DNA of 62,771 bases, the filler included, from Globobulimina sp. (lineage: Eukaryota): NCBI GenBank assembly GCA_003354225.1. It is 43 parts of 43 records of this genome, joined end to end, with 100 filler letters (N's around TTAATTAATTAA, not from the genome) between each part and the next. Parts side by side here need not be neighbours in the genome. Positions count along the whole stretch, not along the records: positions 61,411 to 62,771 come from PIVH01017955.1; 42 more parts are not named here. One strand, 5' to 3'. The stretch's first letter is position 1. Each line of letters begins with the position of its first letter. Positions 62,691 through 62,771 of the stretch are shown here, piece after piece. A model generated the notes under the pieces. That model was given only the letters and a program-made list of their open reading frames with translations, ran no database searches and had not been told where the DNA came from. The position numbers and the translations under genes were made by a program.

Positions 62691-62771
62691 ATGTATTGAA
62701 AATTAATTATTATTATTTTTTATAAATTTAAATTTAACGGAGCGTGCATTAAAAAAAATAAAAAAGCACGC

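Noticed and set aside
1-62771. Alternative genetic code or non-canonical introns
   Set aside because: Conserved genes (SBDS, actin, SulP, aquaporin) reconstruct with the standard code and GT-AG introns.

Overview
This window is not a contiguous locus. It is a concatenation of 43 unlinked contigs of about 1.36 kb each, joined by an artificial 100-nt spacer (N44-TTAATTAATTAA-N44), so gene neighbourhood is meaningful only inside one contig. Nearly all contigs are AT-rich eukaryotic genomic DNA with short GT-AG introns. The gene content (divergent actin, several orphan 7TM receptors, 7TM-RGS, PPR, HIRA, SBDS, NOL10, SAPS, syntaxin) plus a host-encoded qNor/Nod-type enzyme suggests a foraminiferan or other rhizarian protist; this taxonomic call is inference. 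One contig (51184-52544) is a phage tail module. Main highlights: (1) a spliced aquaporin gene that appears to encode at least three MIP channels in one polypeptide, with a hairpin in its intron; (2) a nitric oxide reductase/NO-dismutase-like gene in eukaryote-like DNA; (3) a C-type lectin-stalk-7TM receptor; (4) a GPI-anchored protein with five pacifastin-like repeats carrying mostly acidic P1 residues; (5) an ankyrin/OGFOD2-like oxygenase fusion; (6) a 1243-bp circular or tandem unit carrying a SAPS gene fragment; (7) head-to-head SBDS and NOL10; (8) an RGG plus Cys-rich membrane ORF missed by the ORF track. All family assignments are by eye from motifs; no searches were run.
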